Shown here piece after piece: positions 12,572-25,350 of a DNA stretch of 64,000 nt. The stretch's first letter is position 1; the number at the start of each line of letters is the position of its first letter. The notes below the pieces were generated by a model. It searched no databases and had not been told where the DNA came from. It saw only the letters and a list, made by a program, of their open reading frames with translations. Position numbers and translations under genes: made by a program. Source of the stretch: Octopus bimaculoides (lineage: Eukaryota); assembly GCF_001194135.2 (NCBI RefSeq), contig NC_068990.1, positions 33,053,601 to 33,117,600 of the forward strand, given 5' to 3'.

Positions 12572-12681
12572 GTTTAGCATTTACGACAACAGTTTTGGTA
12601 GAATTCTACTGATATATTCATAGATTACAATATGAATACATCAATAAAATTCTACTGAAACAGCTGTCGTAAATCTTAAAC
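12572..12681. mobile_element. 110-bp foldback / palindromic MITE
   Basis: Arms 12572-12622 and 12631-12681 are near reverse complements around an 8-nt loop gattacaa. Confidence 0.7.
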
Positions 12682-12881
12682 ACTATTTATGTTTTTTTAA
12701 AAACAATTTTACATTAATCTGAAGGGTTACTCTATACTTGTGTAGAGTACAAGTTTATTCTTAAACAAGAATATTGTTGTCAGTGACTTTGAAATCTCAG
12801 CCAAATAAGCCATCATTGGCAGTCTAACAATGGCTTAACTGGTCGAAACTTCGACGTTGCTGTCCTCAATATTCATGTTTA

Positions 12882-12980
<99 letters not shown>

Positions 12981-13000
12981 GTGTGCGTGTGTGTGTGTGC
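12882..13000. repeat. (GT)n microsatellite
   Basis: About 115 bp of near-perfect GT. Confidence 0.95.
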
Positions 13001-16000
13001 TAGTGTCTGAAATGCATATGGACACACACAAAATAAAGACATTTATATAATGGAATTATTACAAGATGGAATATTGTTTAGAAAGCTGGGCTCTACAATA
13101 ATGTAAAAGAAAAAAGGTGTAGTTTATGCATTACAGAATAATATTGTATATAGGTATGGACGTCCTATTTAAGAAGTACAACTTCCTCACTGCATTGATT
13201 TAGATTTAATCCTACTGTGTTGTACCATGGGCAGGTCACTTTTGCCTGCTCTCAGATTGACCAATACCACTGACTGAAATTTAGTGTGTGTGTGTGTGCT
13301 TTTGATGACGTAAAGCAGCAAAATATGCTAAAACTGGTGAGAAAATGGGAAAACTGCTCCTGAGAGAGAGTTTCTTGAGAGTTTTATTAAACCTTGTTTA
13401 AAGTTTCAGCATAAAGACAAAGCAGACAGTTTATTTACTTTAATATTCAAGTGATACAAGTTTGTAGATTTACTGATGGGCTAATAAATTGATACAAATT
13501 TTACCTGTGAACTTCAATTAATGAATATTTATAAGTTATCACCAGCTACCACATTAATATAATTGTTTTATATTAGACATAATAATAAAACAAAAAGAAT
13601 GCTACAGGCTCACTTCTGAGACTTGAACCATGTATGTATTACTTATTGAGCAATATATTCATATTTCACTCTTTAATTGCTGCTTATTATTTTTATGAAT
13701 AAAATAGTTACTTTATTTTATTAAAAGCCATTTCCTGTCTTTGATGAGAGATTAAATTGAATATTTCACAGTTTATTTCTGTTAGAAACTTCATTGGAGA
13801 AAATAGATTACTTGGTTTTCTTCAGGTGCATTTCAAATTAATGCAGCTTTTGAGTGCTATAGAGGTACCATTAGAATCCTGTCAGCATCCAGAGGTGCTA
13901 ATGGCATCATAAGTGAGTGATGGGGCTGAAAAAATTTGTATGGAAAATTCCATTATATTTTTTAATACTGGAGAGAATGGAAAAATGTGTTACAATCACC
14001 ACAGGATATAAAACATTAACATGATATCGGAACAAGAAGACATCTGCTAATGTTAAATCGACCAACATAATCAAACAAAACTTGCTAAATTTGGCATCAT
14101 ATTTAATAACCTTATTTATTTATTCATTCATTGTAGCAAATTGTTTATTTTTTTGGCACAGAACAAAGTAATTGGAACATAAAGTTGGTACACTTGACTG
14201 ACCTTGCTATAAAAGAGAGTAAACTAAATATACAGCAGAAGTTTAGTGTCAGTGAGTAGTCAATAAATGAGTGTTGATGTATTTTAACTCCCTTATATCA
14301 GAAAATTCATAGAAACTATTTGCACAAAAAGAATAAATTCAAATTCCCAAGAGAAACCAGGAAAAAAGAAGCATCACTAGTTTCTTCTATGTGAGACACA
14401 ATTAAGAGAATTGTTTTGGAGAATATTATACTGAGGTCATTTATGGCTTTGGCTATAAACACAATAACTGCAGTTTCACTAAGTGGATCCTATATTTGTA
14501 GACCTACTGATGGGCTACATGCTTTAACCTCATTAAAAGTACCCAGGTTTATATTCTTGAGGGTAGCATTTAACTTTACATAAACTATGTTCTATATAAC
14601 TCCAAATAATCAACCAAAGCAGGTTGTTATTATTGTTTTTGCTGTTGTTGTTCAGATATGAAACTACGATGCTATATTCTGTTATGTGAGTCACAAATGG
14701 AATGCATTGAGGCAGGATATGTTGAGGTACTTGGGGAAGATTGCAAGATATAGGCATAATGAAGAATAAATATGCAATAAAAAGAACCATGTGTACACTT
14801 AATTGGAAAACTAAATTATCTTCGTTTTATGTAATGGTTATCTGGCTGGGTTAGTCAGTAGGAAGATACAGGCTCAATTTGTGTTGAGGGTGTATTAAAC
14901 AATTTTCATTTGTTTGCTTTTGTGTGTGTGTGTGATTGTGTGTGTACATGCAGGTGTGTGTGTATATGTGTGAATGCATGTGTGTGTGTACATTTAAAAA
15001 TGGAGATATGTGTGAATATGTACAACTGTATATAGCCCTATATATATATGGGTATATACAAGAAACATACGCACAAGAATGCTCACACACATGATGAATT
15101 TAGTGGCTGTATGCATCTATGAAACTATTAGTAACATGGGGCTAAGTCTTATGAAATCATTTAATCTCCCACAACATACACTGTGCTCTATTTTCTTTCA
15201 TTTGTACACCTACTTCCATGTGTGTGTGTGGATGAGTATATAAAACACACACACATACACACACACATGTATCAGTATACCAAGAAGAGAAAAGTGTACT
15301 GAATAGATATTAGTTCATACTGTCAAGAGCCATTGTATGGCCTCATCTCTGCTTTGGTGGATTATAAAACCAAGTATTTTGGCACCTAATAAGCTTGAGT
15401 GGCACCACTCCTCTACTAGCTCAATCTGTTAGGAACTTCCATTAAATGTCCTGCAATTATTAACGACATCACTGAATTGTTAATCTGTTGCAGATTACGT
15501 CTGTGACATTCACATCTCTGCAGCTAAAGTCTTGGGTTCTGTTAGCTGAATCTAGCTAAGCCCAGAACTTGTGATGACCACAATCATTACTCAATGGAGT
15601 AGCTAAAGCACTAACCACTGTCCAAATACATGAAGTAGTGTTTATTTAATCTTTAAGCTAAAGCAAAATATTTTACACAACAAATACTCTGAGTTCCCTA
15701 TTCTGTAGGTAATCAACTTGGCAAAGACTTCTAGAAGGAGAAAGTGGGCCGAGAAGCTTTACTGTCAAAGAAATGAATACAGATATAATTTACATGTATG
15801 TATATGTGTGCGCATATGTATTTCATTTGTTTGGTTATTTTATATCTGTTTATGCTGGCATGGGTTAGAGAAATATATCATTGAGGCATTGATTAACAGT
15901 CAAATGCTCTTTGTGTTGCTAACCCGTCCTCATTTTCAAGTATGTGATCTCCTGCTTCACACGTTTTTGAAGGCGTGAAGTGAATGGATGATTTGTTGAT

Positions 16001-16461
16001 GGGAAAAGTGACAATACCACCATTGCTCATTGCTCACAAATTTGGTAGAGTGCAAATGTAAACACATAACACATATACAAGCATGCACACACACACATAC
16101 ACACACATGCATGCACATATATTTATATATGTGACAGGATTCTTTCAGTTTCTATCCACTGAATTCATTCACGAGGCTCTGGTTAGCATAAGGCTATAGT
16201 AGAAGGCATTTACCTAAGGTGGCACATGATAGACTGAACCCAAAATTACATGACTGGGTAGCAAAGTTCTTGACTATATAACCACACATGTTCTTGTCTA
16301 TGTATTTGTCTTACTGTCTGTCAGACTGTCTATCTATATTGATATAGACAGACAGAGATAAATTGATGTATGTGTGTCATTGTCACTTATGTGGTAGAAA
16401 CCATTCACAGAAAACAGGAATTCTCTGAGGTCTAAAAATACCATCTACTATCAGTTTTGAC

Positions 16462-16682
16462 TTCAGCTTTTAGCTTTTAAATTGGCCAGATCCATTACAA
16501 ATACTCTACCTGTTTTATGTTAAAACCAGCCAGATCTGGCCTCTCACACCTATTCTACAATATCATTCTAAAAATAAGCAGTCTCATCATCAAAAGCTAT
16601 AGGATAAAGCATGGTTAATTCAAAACAATGTGAATAAATAAACATTACATTTGACAGAGTAATTTGATTAGAAAAGGGTTAA
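16462..16682 (-). mobile_element. piggyBac-like MITE, same family as 55280-55909
   Basis: Ends aaaggg|ttaa. Internal ccagatctggcctctcacacc…cattacatttgacagagtaat is the reverse complement of the 55280 copy. Confidence 0.7.
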
Positions 16683-16709
16683 AAATATCTAAGTCATATG
16701 ATAATGAAG

Positions 16710-16907
16710 AAGGTTCATGGTCTTTTGATCTGCTAGGAATAGCAGCCAAATCTCCAGCAACTCTCACCATACCATTTTGAAAGGGGACACATTGGATATT
16801 GTAGTCCTACATACCTCAAAAGTTACAGGATGATCATGGATGAAATGCCTATTGATCAGAGTTTTACTTCATCAAGACTGACCTAGGGTTAAGCAACAAC
16901 AACAACA
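16710..16907 (+). mobile_element. SINE 3' body with (CAA)n tail (family F)
   Basis: ctgctaggaatagcagccaaatctcc…gacctagggttaagcaacaacaacaac. Reverse-complement fragments also occur near 1570-1625, 44640-44740, 45185-45300 and 57240-57330. Confidence 0.65.
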
Positions 16908-17343
16908 TCAGTATAGACAGAAAACTGTTTTTAAAAAAAAAACTACATGCCAGGAATTAGTTTGTGCAAGTGCATTGTAATGCAACTGAGTGGTGAGGTG
17001 CAATGGTGCATGGGTGGTGGGTGAAGGAGGAATAGCAAATATTACAACTTCACTAACAGAAAAACCAAAATCTTGGCTCCATTTCAGAAGTTTCCATCTT
17101 GGCATTTGCTAGTGGCTAAAACAGTTTTCTCCTGAAATGATGGAGCAAAACTAGCAATCAGGCCAAAAGAATAAAAGCATTGCACAATGTGAGTGCGTGA
17201 GTAGTGAATAGGTGTGTTTGTGTGTGTACATAGCTGTGGCATTCAAGTACATTAATATGTAATTATGTGTATATAAGAATGTGTGTATAAAGGTGTTGTA
17301 CTTCCTTATGAGAATATGTAAATGTATGTTGAATAAAATGTTA

Positions 17344-17435
<92 letters not shown>

Positions 17436-17449
17436 GCATNNNNNNNNNN

Positions 17450-17482
<33 letters not shown>

Positions 17483-17789
17483 GCATACACACATTCACAT
17501 ATACATGGATACATACATGAAAGTAAATGAATATGTGTATAAGAACCACAAATCAAGAAATACATACTAGATATCTGAAAACAATCAAATGGAAAATAGT
17601 AGTAGTAGTAGTAGTTGTTGTTGTTGTTGTTGTTGTAGTAGTAGTAGTAGTAGTGGTGGTTGTGGTGGGTTTCGCTGGATGCACCTGCTGTAAAACATCT
17701 GTAACAATGGAGGTGAAAGGGCGATGAAATGCTTAAAATATCTGGTGAAGTAGAATCTGGTGGAATGTCTCAAATAGTCATTCAAGTAA

Positions 17790-17930
17790 CACAAGGAAGT
17801 GTCATACTCAATCAATGACTGGTGTAGCTGCATCATTGTACAAAAGCAAAGGAGATGTACTAGAGGAGTAAGAGGCATCAAATTGTTGGACCAAATTATG
17901 AAAGTTACTGAAAGAGTTATTGCAAAGAGT
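17790..17930 (+). mobile_element. Decayed RTE RT fragment
   Basis: DWCSCIIVQ…RGIKLLDQIMKVTERVIAK matches the RTE RT N-terminal motif (YRGIKLL..vMKv.ERVI). Confidence 0.65.
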
Positions 17931-17989
17931 TATGCAAAACAACTGGTGGCAACAAAAAGCTGTTGAATTCCAAATCTATGCTGATGTCT

Positions 17990-18325
17990 GTGACCTCAGA
18001 CACTTCTATGTAGGAACGAAGGAATTTTTTTGGCTTGTGAGATTATGAACAGGGTCTCTTCAATCAGAAGACTCTGACACTATCCAGACTGACCCACAAG
18101 ATATCCTTCAATGCTGGCGAGAGCACTTCTCAGGTCTTCTGAACCAAGATTTCAATGTGGCAGAGGATTTCTTGAAGAATGAACCCATGTATTCAACTCG
18201 ACACTAGATAAACATGCCACAATTCTACGAAAAGTACCAAATTGCCCTCAGTTGCATGAAACAGTGGAAGTCCCCTGGCCTAAACAACATCCCAGTGGAA
18301 ATTCTAAAACATGGTGGACTACTAT
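17990..18325 (+). mobile_element. RTE/BovB-like LINE fragment (pre-RT linker)
   Basis: QDILQCWREHFSGLLNQ…ALSCMKQWKSPGLNNIPVEILKHGG. Confidence 0.75.
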
Positions 18326-18339
18326 TAAATGTGAAATCT

Positions 18340-19262
18340 CAAAACCGTACAATAATACCAGAAATCAAGAAGATTTATAAGCCAAGAGTGTCTAGTATCA
18401 AAAATACACCTCTTGTAGATTCATGTAATGTCCTATTGCCTCCTTGGCACATAAAACTTGGACTGATGAAACAGTTTGTAAAAACACTAGGGAAGAGAAA
18501 TGTCAGAGGGTTTGAGCATATTGTGTTTAAATATTGAGCATATTGTTGAAAAGTTTCCCAAAATCACACTGGCAAAGTTGAAAGAGGGTATCTTTGTTGG
18601 ACCCCTAATTAGAGAAGTGCTCAAAGAGGTCAACTTCAAGACAACACTGGATGAACTGGAATTCAATTGGATCTGTGGGAATTTCTTGTGCAACAAGAAG
18701 GCAATTGGCTACAAGGATCTTCTGGAATGTTACTCAGCAATGGGTTGTCATATGTCACTGAAAGTTCACTTCTTGGACTCCCATCTGGATTTCTTCACAG
18801 ATAACCTTGAAGCAGTGTCTGATGAATGTGATGAAAGATTTCACCAGGACATTAATGCTATAGAGAAATGGTACCAAGGCTTCTGGAATGATAGTATGCT
18901 GGCTGACTACTGCTGGACACTTTACCGTGATCAACCAGATCAGGAACTCCACAGGAAATCCAAATCACAACGTTTCTAATTCAGCTGTTCTAACTTTGTC
19001 TGACCCCATTTTTTGCGTATTCACTCTTTGTAGAATGATAATGATGATTTTTAACTCAATAAACTCATTTACTGCCTAAAAGTAATATGTCCTTATTTAT
19101 TACGTTAATGATTTCATATATACAAATATGTAAATATTTGCATGTATCTATTGAAAAACTGATACATGCTGTTTACAAATGTTGTGAAGTTTTGAAATCA
19201 GCCTAAAAAATTAGTCTAAAAAAGTTGGTTTGCATTCATACATTTAATTTTGTTGACCAGTG
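18340..19262 (+). mobile_element. Chapaev3-like (CMC superfamily) DNA transposon, 3' part
   Basis: PLVD…LLPPWHIKLGLMKQFVK…GIFVGPLIR…MSLKVHFLDSHL…VSDECDERFHQD…MLADYCWTL…RKSK, with one frameshift. The 3' end gttgaccagtg gives a CAC-starting TIR. Family assignment is from my recall of Chapaev3 motifs. Confidence 0.8.
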
Positions 19263-19473
19263 TTATTGGACACATGATAAAACACTGATGACAATAGTAG
19301 AAAATACTTGTCCAAGGTGCCACACAGTGAGACTGAACCCAAGACCACATGGTTGTGAAGCAAACAGCCAACCTGTGCCAGATGCATAAATGGTATATAA
19401 TATATCATACAATATAATATAAAATAATATAATGTAATATATATATATATACATATATATCTATCTATCTATC

Positions 19474-19515
<42 letters not shown>

Positions 19516-19560
19516 GGTAAGTGGTAGGTTTGCCTCAATCCTTCAGGGGTAGTCTCCAAG

Positions 19561-19610
<50 letters not shown>

Positions 19611-20342
19611 TCTATGTATGTACATATGTGTGTCAGTATGTGTGTGTGTTAGCATGTATGTTGAGAAGCATATAACTGAAAAAAATAAGGTCACCTCTTG
19701 CGTTGTACCATTTCCCCAAATGGGTAGTATTGTTGTGATTGACTTTCTTTCTTCAAAATCAAAACATGATCATCACCATTATGACTGCTACCAACCTCAC
19801 ATCATCCTTAACATCTTCACTGTTGCCACACACACCCATCACACCCATCATTCTGTTTGATGTTTTTTTTTTCTTTTTTGCAGAAAAGGAAAAAAATTTT
19901 CTTGGTTCTTCGTTCTGCAGTTCATTGCACAATGTCATCAATTAGCCATCCATGGAAGAAGGACACTTTACAAAGATATTACATTTATGTGTACACATAG
20001 TTTGGTAACTTAAAGAATTAGGTTAGGTCTTTGGAGAGAGAAAGAAAGGGAGAGAAAGAGAGAGAGAGAGACAGACAGAAAGAGAGATAGCAGTGAATGA
20101 GTATGGAAATAAAAGGGAGAGGTGGGGACAAAAGAGTTGAAGAAAGATGGTAAAAAGAGAGAAAAAGTGAGACTGGAGGATGAGAGAGATACAAAGAATG
20201 TGAACAGAAAAAAAAAGGAAAATGGTGGGGGGAAGGGTTCAAGAGGTAGAGAAAATGAGTGTGATCGAATAAGAGAGTTGGGAGTGGAGGGGGAACATGA
20301 AGTGAAATGTTAGATGAAAGGGGATGTGACAGCAAGAATGAA

Positions 20343-20380
<38 letters not shown>

Positions 20381-21239
20381 ACATACATGCATACATATAT
20401 ATGTACACATGTGTGCATATATATGTATTAAAATGAGACAATTTGGTGCAGCTGTTTCAACATTGTGAATTTGGTATGGCTGACTGGACATTCAACCTGC
20501 TTTGGCAACGGTACATTTTAGTACTGCAAGCAAACACACAGAAATATAATCTCTCTCTCTCTCTCTCTCTCTCTTTCACTTACACACACACAGAGAAATA
20601 CACACATATAAACAAAGAGAGAGAGAAGGAGAGAATGAAAGAAACAGTAAAACCTCTTATGTCAAATAACTCAGCATTGAATAAGCAATGTCAGAACAGT
20701 TGTATCGAAATGCTTCATACCCTATGTATGTGTGTGTGTGTGTCTGTGTGTGTGTGTATGTGTGTATGTGTGTGTGTGTATATATACTTGTGGGAATTCC
20801 TCTTTGAACAATGTCATATTTATGCACCTTGAAAAGATCGTACTAATAATGCATAAATCGTTGCATATAAATATGCAACAATATGCAGTTAATGCAATCA
20901 AAATACATGTCAGACAATTATTATGAATAAACTAACTATAGAAAAACAAAGTTTGATTGTTCAAATTCTTCATTCTCCTTATTATCAATATTGTACTTTA
21001 CACTCTAAGTAGCCAGGAAAGACTGTAACATTGGACAGGAGTTAAGGGAGATTTACCTTAAAATGCACCCTCTGAAGCAACTAGCCTTGGAATTTTACAT
21101 AGAGAAATTTGGTATCTGCCTGGATATTATATCCCTCCTCTTACTATATATGTATCCTGCATTATTAGGCAAATCAACCTACTCTCAATAAATACATCTA
21201 TATTCATTCAAAACTAGTTGTTTTCCCACTGATTGTTGG

Positions 21240-21900
21240 CAACATCTATCTGCACACATACTGTTAAAATAAATTGGATCTGCGTGGATGAAAACAAATG
21301 GTGGCCATTATCATGTAGCAGCAATATTTCTGCAGGTGCCCAATTTAAGTGTTATTATGGGTCAGAAACATGATCTTACTTCAAATAAGTCTACCATTGT
21401 GTCAGAGCTTGGAAAAGGAAAACAACCATAAAAATATAAAAAATACTGGGATGAGATCATCGAACAGTGAAGAAATTTGTGCAGTTTCGTATTTCTGTCC
21501 GGTCAAGGGCAGATAAGGGTAAGCTGAGGGTTGCTTCAAATCGTACTTTGTCATGTGTGAAAAGGGAAGTTGTGTGGAACTCATGTCTGACAAGTAGAAA
21601 AGTCTCCAAACGTTGTGGCAGGGAAGATGTATTGAAAATTACCAAGTGTCACCTCTTGAAGCAGGTAGCCAGGAGTGATAAGCCTGTTACAAGGCCCACC
21701 CCTTGAAGGTTGTTCATAAGCAGAAGAGACTGAAATGGGCAGAAAAATACATTAAGATAGATTTTTCTACAGTTCTGTCCACTGACGAATGCTGTACTAC
21801 CCTTGATGAACCAAATAGGTATCAATCAGTGGGAACCGTCCTCATATTTTGAGATGCCAACAGTGGGGAGGTGGGGTCATATTTTGGGCTGGCACCCCTC
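21240..21900 (+). mobile_element. Tc1-like transposase 5' fragment
   Basis: MGQKHDLT…DHRTVKKFV…RADKG…HKQKRLKWAEKY…DFSTVLSTDEC…QQWGGGVIFWAG, with stops and frameshifts. Confidence 0.88.
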
Positions 21901-23403
21901 ATAAAACTAAAAAAAACCCTCATAAAACTAAAAAAAGCCCTCCTCTTCCCTATATTGTTTTTGTTTATTCAGTGAGAGGATAACCTGAGTTATAAGAAAA
22001 TGCAGTTGATAGAACTGAGAGTAATGTAAGATAAAAGACAGAGAGACAGCTACATGAGGGTTTGTGATAAGGAAGGTGAGTAGAAAAAATATGATTGAAA
22101 GCATAACAGAAGAGAGAGAGAGAGAGAGCAATAAATTAAAGCACAGTTATAGAGAAGAGAGTATGGAGAGCATAGGAAAGACTATATGATAACTGCGGGT
22201 AAGGTGACTGAATAGAAATAGCAATGGCAGCATGATGTGGATAAAACAGAAGTGAGACAAATAAATGGAGAAGGTACTGGATACAGGATACAAGAAAGGG
22301 AGGAAGTGAGAGCGGGAAAGAGAGACTAAATGATAAGGAGGGGAGTAATGTGAGAGTCTGGGATAGTAATGAAGACAAATGGGGATAAGAAAGGGAGAGT
22401 CCTGGATGGCAATAATGAGTGATAGGAAGAGGAATAATGAGAAAGTTGTCTTTTGTCATCCACTGATATTGTCTTCGGTCTTTCAGTGATACTGTCTCAT
22501 GTATTCCATTAGAATTCCACTGATTTGACCTTCAATCTCCTGCTGGTATAGTCTTCAGTGCATCCTCTGTTGCTAAACTCTAAATGACACACATGTCTAT
22601 TCTTTGACTGTTATGTTATAACTATGTTATCAGAGGCATCCATTAAGATATTGAAGATATTGTATTGTCTCTTCATCAAAACACAGCTTCTCAATGATTC
22701 ATTTATATAAACAATCAAGTCACATCATAACTGTGTGTGGATATGTAATCATGTCTTAAACTTAAATCTTTAAACATGTCTCATATGGACAGTGATGTAA
22801 TCCTCAGTAAATATAAGGTAAATCACTGCAAATATTATTATTATCATATCATTATTACTATTATTATTATTATTATTATTAGGGTGGTGGACAGCTGAAT
22901 CAGTTGAGTAACAGAAATAAATGTATTGAGTGCTGTTATTGTATATGTTCTGAATTCAAATATAGCTAGGGTTGACTGTATTCCTTCATCTCAATAAAAG
23001 AAGAACCAGTAAAACACTCAGGTTAATCGACTCAAATGTAGCCCCCACATACACACACGCACACTCATTCGTCACTCACTCTCTCATACACCAATTTTAT
23101 GTCTTTTAGCAATCTTTAATCTTTCTGGTATTGGATCACAAATGTCTTACACACTGGATTCACTTCAAATCCATTATTGGCAATACCGCTTATTAATTCC
23201 CTCCCTGGGAAACATTTAACTGAAGGGTTGGACTCATGCAGTAAACATTACACATACTTTCTTCTGTCAGAATCTAAAGAAGACAATCTTGACTATCTGT
23301 ACCAACCAACAGACAATAATGAAATAGCTAACTTGACCAAATTTTCGATTCAGCACAAGTGAAGAAGTAATGTCTGTGTGTATTTATCATCATCATCATT
23401 ATT

Positions 23404-23438
<35 letters not shown>

Positions 23439-24043
23439 TATTGTTTTTATGAATATATTCTTTGACTACATCTATTGTTTACAGTGATTATATCTTCCAT
23501 GAATACACATCATTGACACCAATTATTGTTGCTAGACTTGAAGTTTGTTTACATTATATTTAAACACTATTTATCATGAAGGATCATAGTTTTAGTTCAA
23601 GGGTATATTTACACAACAATGGAGGATTTTGTGTATAAAAGTGTTAGAATAGATGTTTACACATACTGACTTTCATTTGAGATTATAATTTCACTGGTGT
23701 TGGACATTAATGGCATTTGAGAATATATTCACACTTGTATTAAATATTTTATTGACTAGCGTAGTCCTGTATGTTTATACACCAGTTTGAAATAATGTTT
23801 AAACTACTATGATAATGTTTAAAGTGCAGTTATATATTTGCTTCAGTGTCATAGATGTTATATTTACACAACACCACTTCTTAATTGTTTAAGTAATTAT
23901 ATTTCATTTTGTTTAATATGACAGCCATTTCCTTTTAGTTTTAGATGATTCTCTATCAAAGAATCAATTCCATTGTTTCTTTGTTATTTTGGTTTATGTT
24001 CAGTTAGATCCATTTAGAAATTGACATTTGCTTCAATTTACTA

Positions 24044-24232
24044 AAGTATCTTGGCTACAACACAAGAATTAATGATATAATGATCTAAATCATAAGTATC
24101 TTGACTAAATCACAAGTATTGTTAGTATAATGGGTACATCACAATTATCTTGGCTACATCATATGTATCTTGTGTACATCGTAAATATTTTGGCTACATC
24201 ATAGATATCTTGGATACATCCTAAGTATTTAT
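24044..24232. repeat. Degenerate 20-bp minisatellite
   Basis: Consecutive units acatcacaattatcttggct / acatcatatgtatcttgtgt / acatcgtaaatattttggct / acatcatagatatcttggat. Confidence 0.85.
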
Positions 24233-24784
24233 TAATATCGTGAATACAAGACTTAATAACTTTGTTTCATCATAAATAACATTAGTGTCATGAATATATT
24301 AAGTACATCATGCATATCACTTTTATATCTTTGATGCATTACTATCTTTATGAACATAATGCCTGGAGTTAAGAAGTGAACACATAACCATGTAATCAGT
24401 ACACATACATTTCACGGCAATTGTTTAATATTGGATCTAAGGAGCAGTGTGTGACATGTGTATGTATTTGTATGTGAAGAACAGAGACATGACTACATTT
24501 CTAGCACTACCATTGATTTCATATTAATTTATTTTACTCTGTTCTACCATCATTGCTCCAGATCCAACAACATGGCAGCTGAGTGTCCAATCTCCAACAA
24601 GTTGTTGCAACAAAAACAGAAAAATATTCCACAGAAGAAGAATGTGAAGAAGTACCAGAGCACATCAAGAATATGGTAGGAATATGAAGATGAAGGAAGG
24701 GGTTAAGGAGTAGAAACAAAGAATGACAAAACAGAGAACAGGAGAAAGAATATTTTATATCATTTGGGAATGAAGGCTCTTTTA

Positions 24785-25350
24785 TGCTAATGTGGTCAAT
24801 AGTGTTTGCATTCAGTCAAGTTGAATAACCAATATTGATGTGGGCAGTACAGTTTATATTCAACCACATCCTATTGATTATCTCATATTGATGTTGTCAG
24901 TACAGTTTATGTTCAGCCATTTTGGTTAATATATATATATATATGTATGTATGTATGTATGTATATATTGATATGGTCAATACAGGGTTATTTTCAGTCC
25001 TGTTGGTCATCTTTTATTGGTTTCAAGTTTTGGCACAAGGCCAGTAGGTTTGGGGGAGAGGGCCAAGTTGATAACATCGACCCCAGTGTTCAACTGGTAC
25101 TTACTTTATCTACCCCATAAGGATGAACAGCAACATCATCCTCTGCAAAATTTGTGAACTAGAATGTAAAGATGGGATAAAATGCTGCTAAGCATTTTTC
25201 CTGGTTGCTCACTGCTTTTGGTTATCTCATATTAATATGATCAGTACAGTTTGTTCAGTTATGTTGGTCATCTCATATTGATGAGGTCTGTACAGTTTAT
25301 TTTCAGACATGTTGGTCAACTCATACTAATGTGGTCATTACAGTTGAATT
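24785..25350. repeat. ~48-bp degenerate minisatellite interrupted by a SINE (about 25020-25215) and a microsatellite
   Basis: Unit ctcatattgatgtggtcagtacagtttattttcagccatgttggtcat-like; period 48 between 25272 and 25320. Confidence 0.8.
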
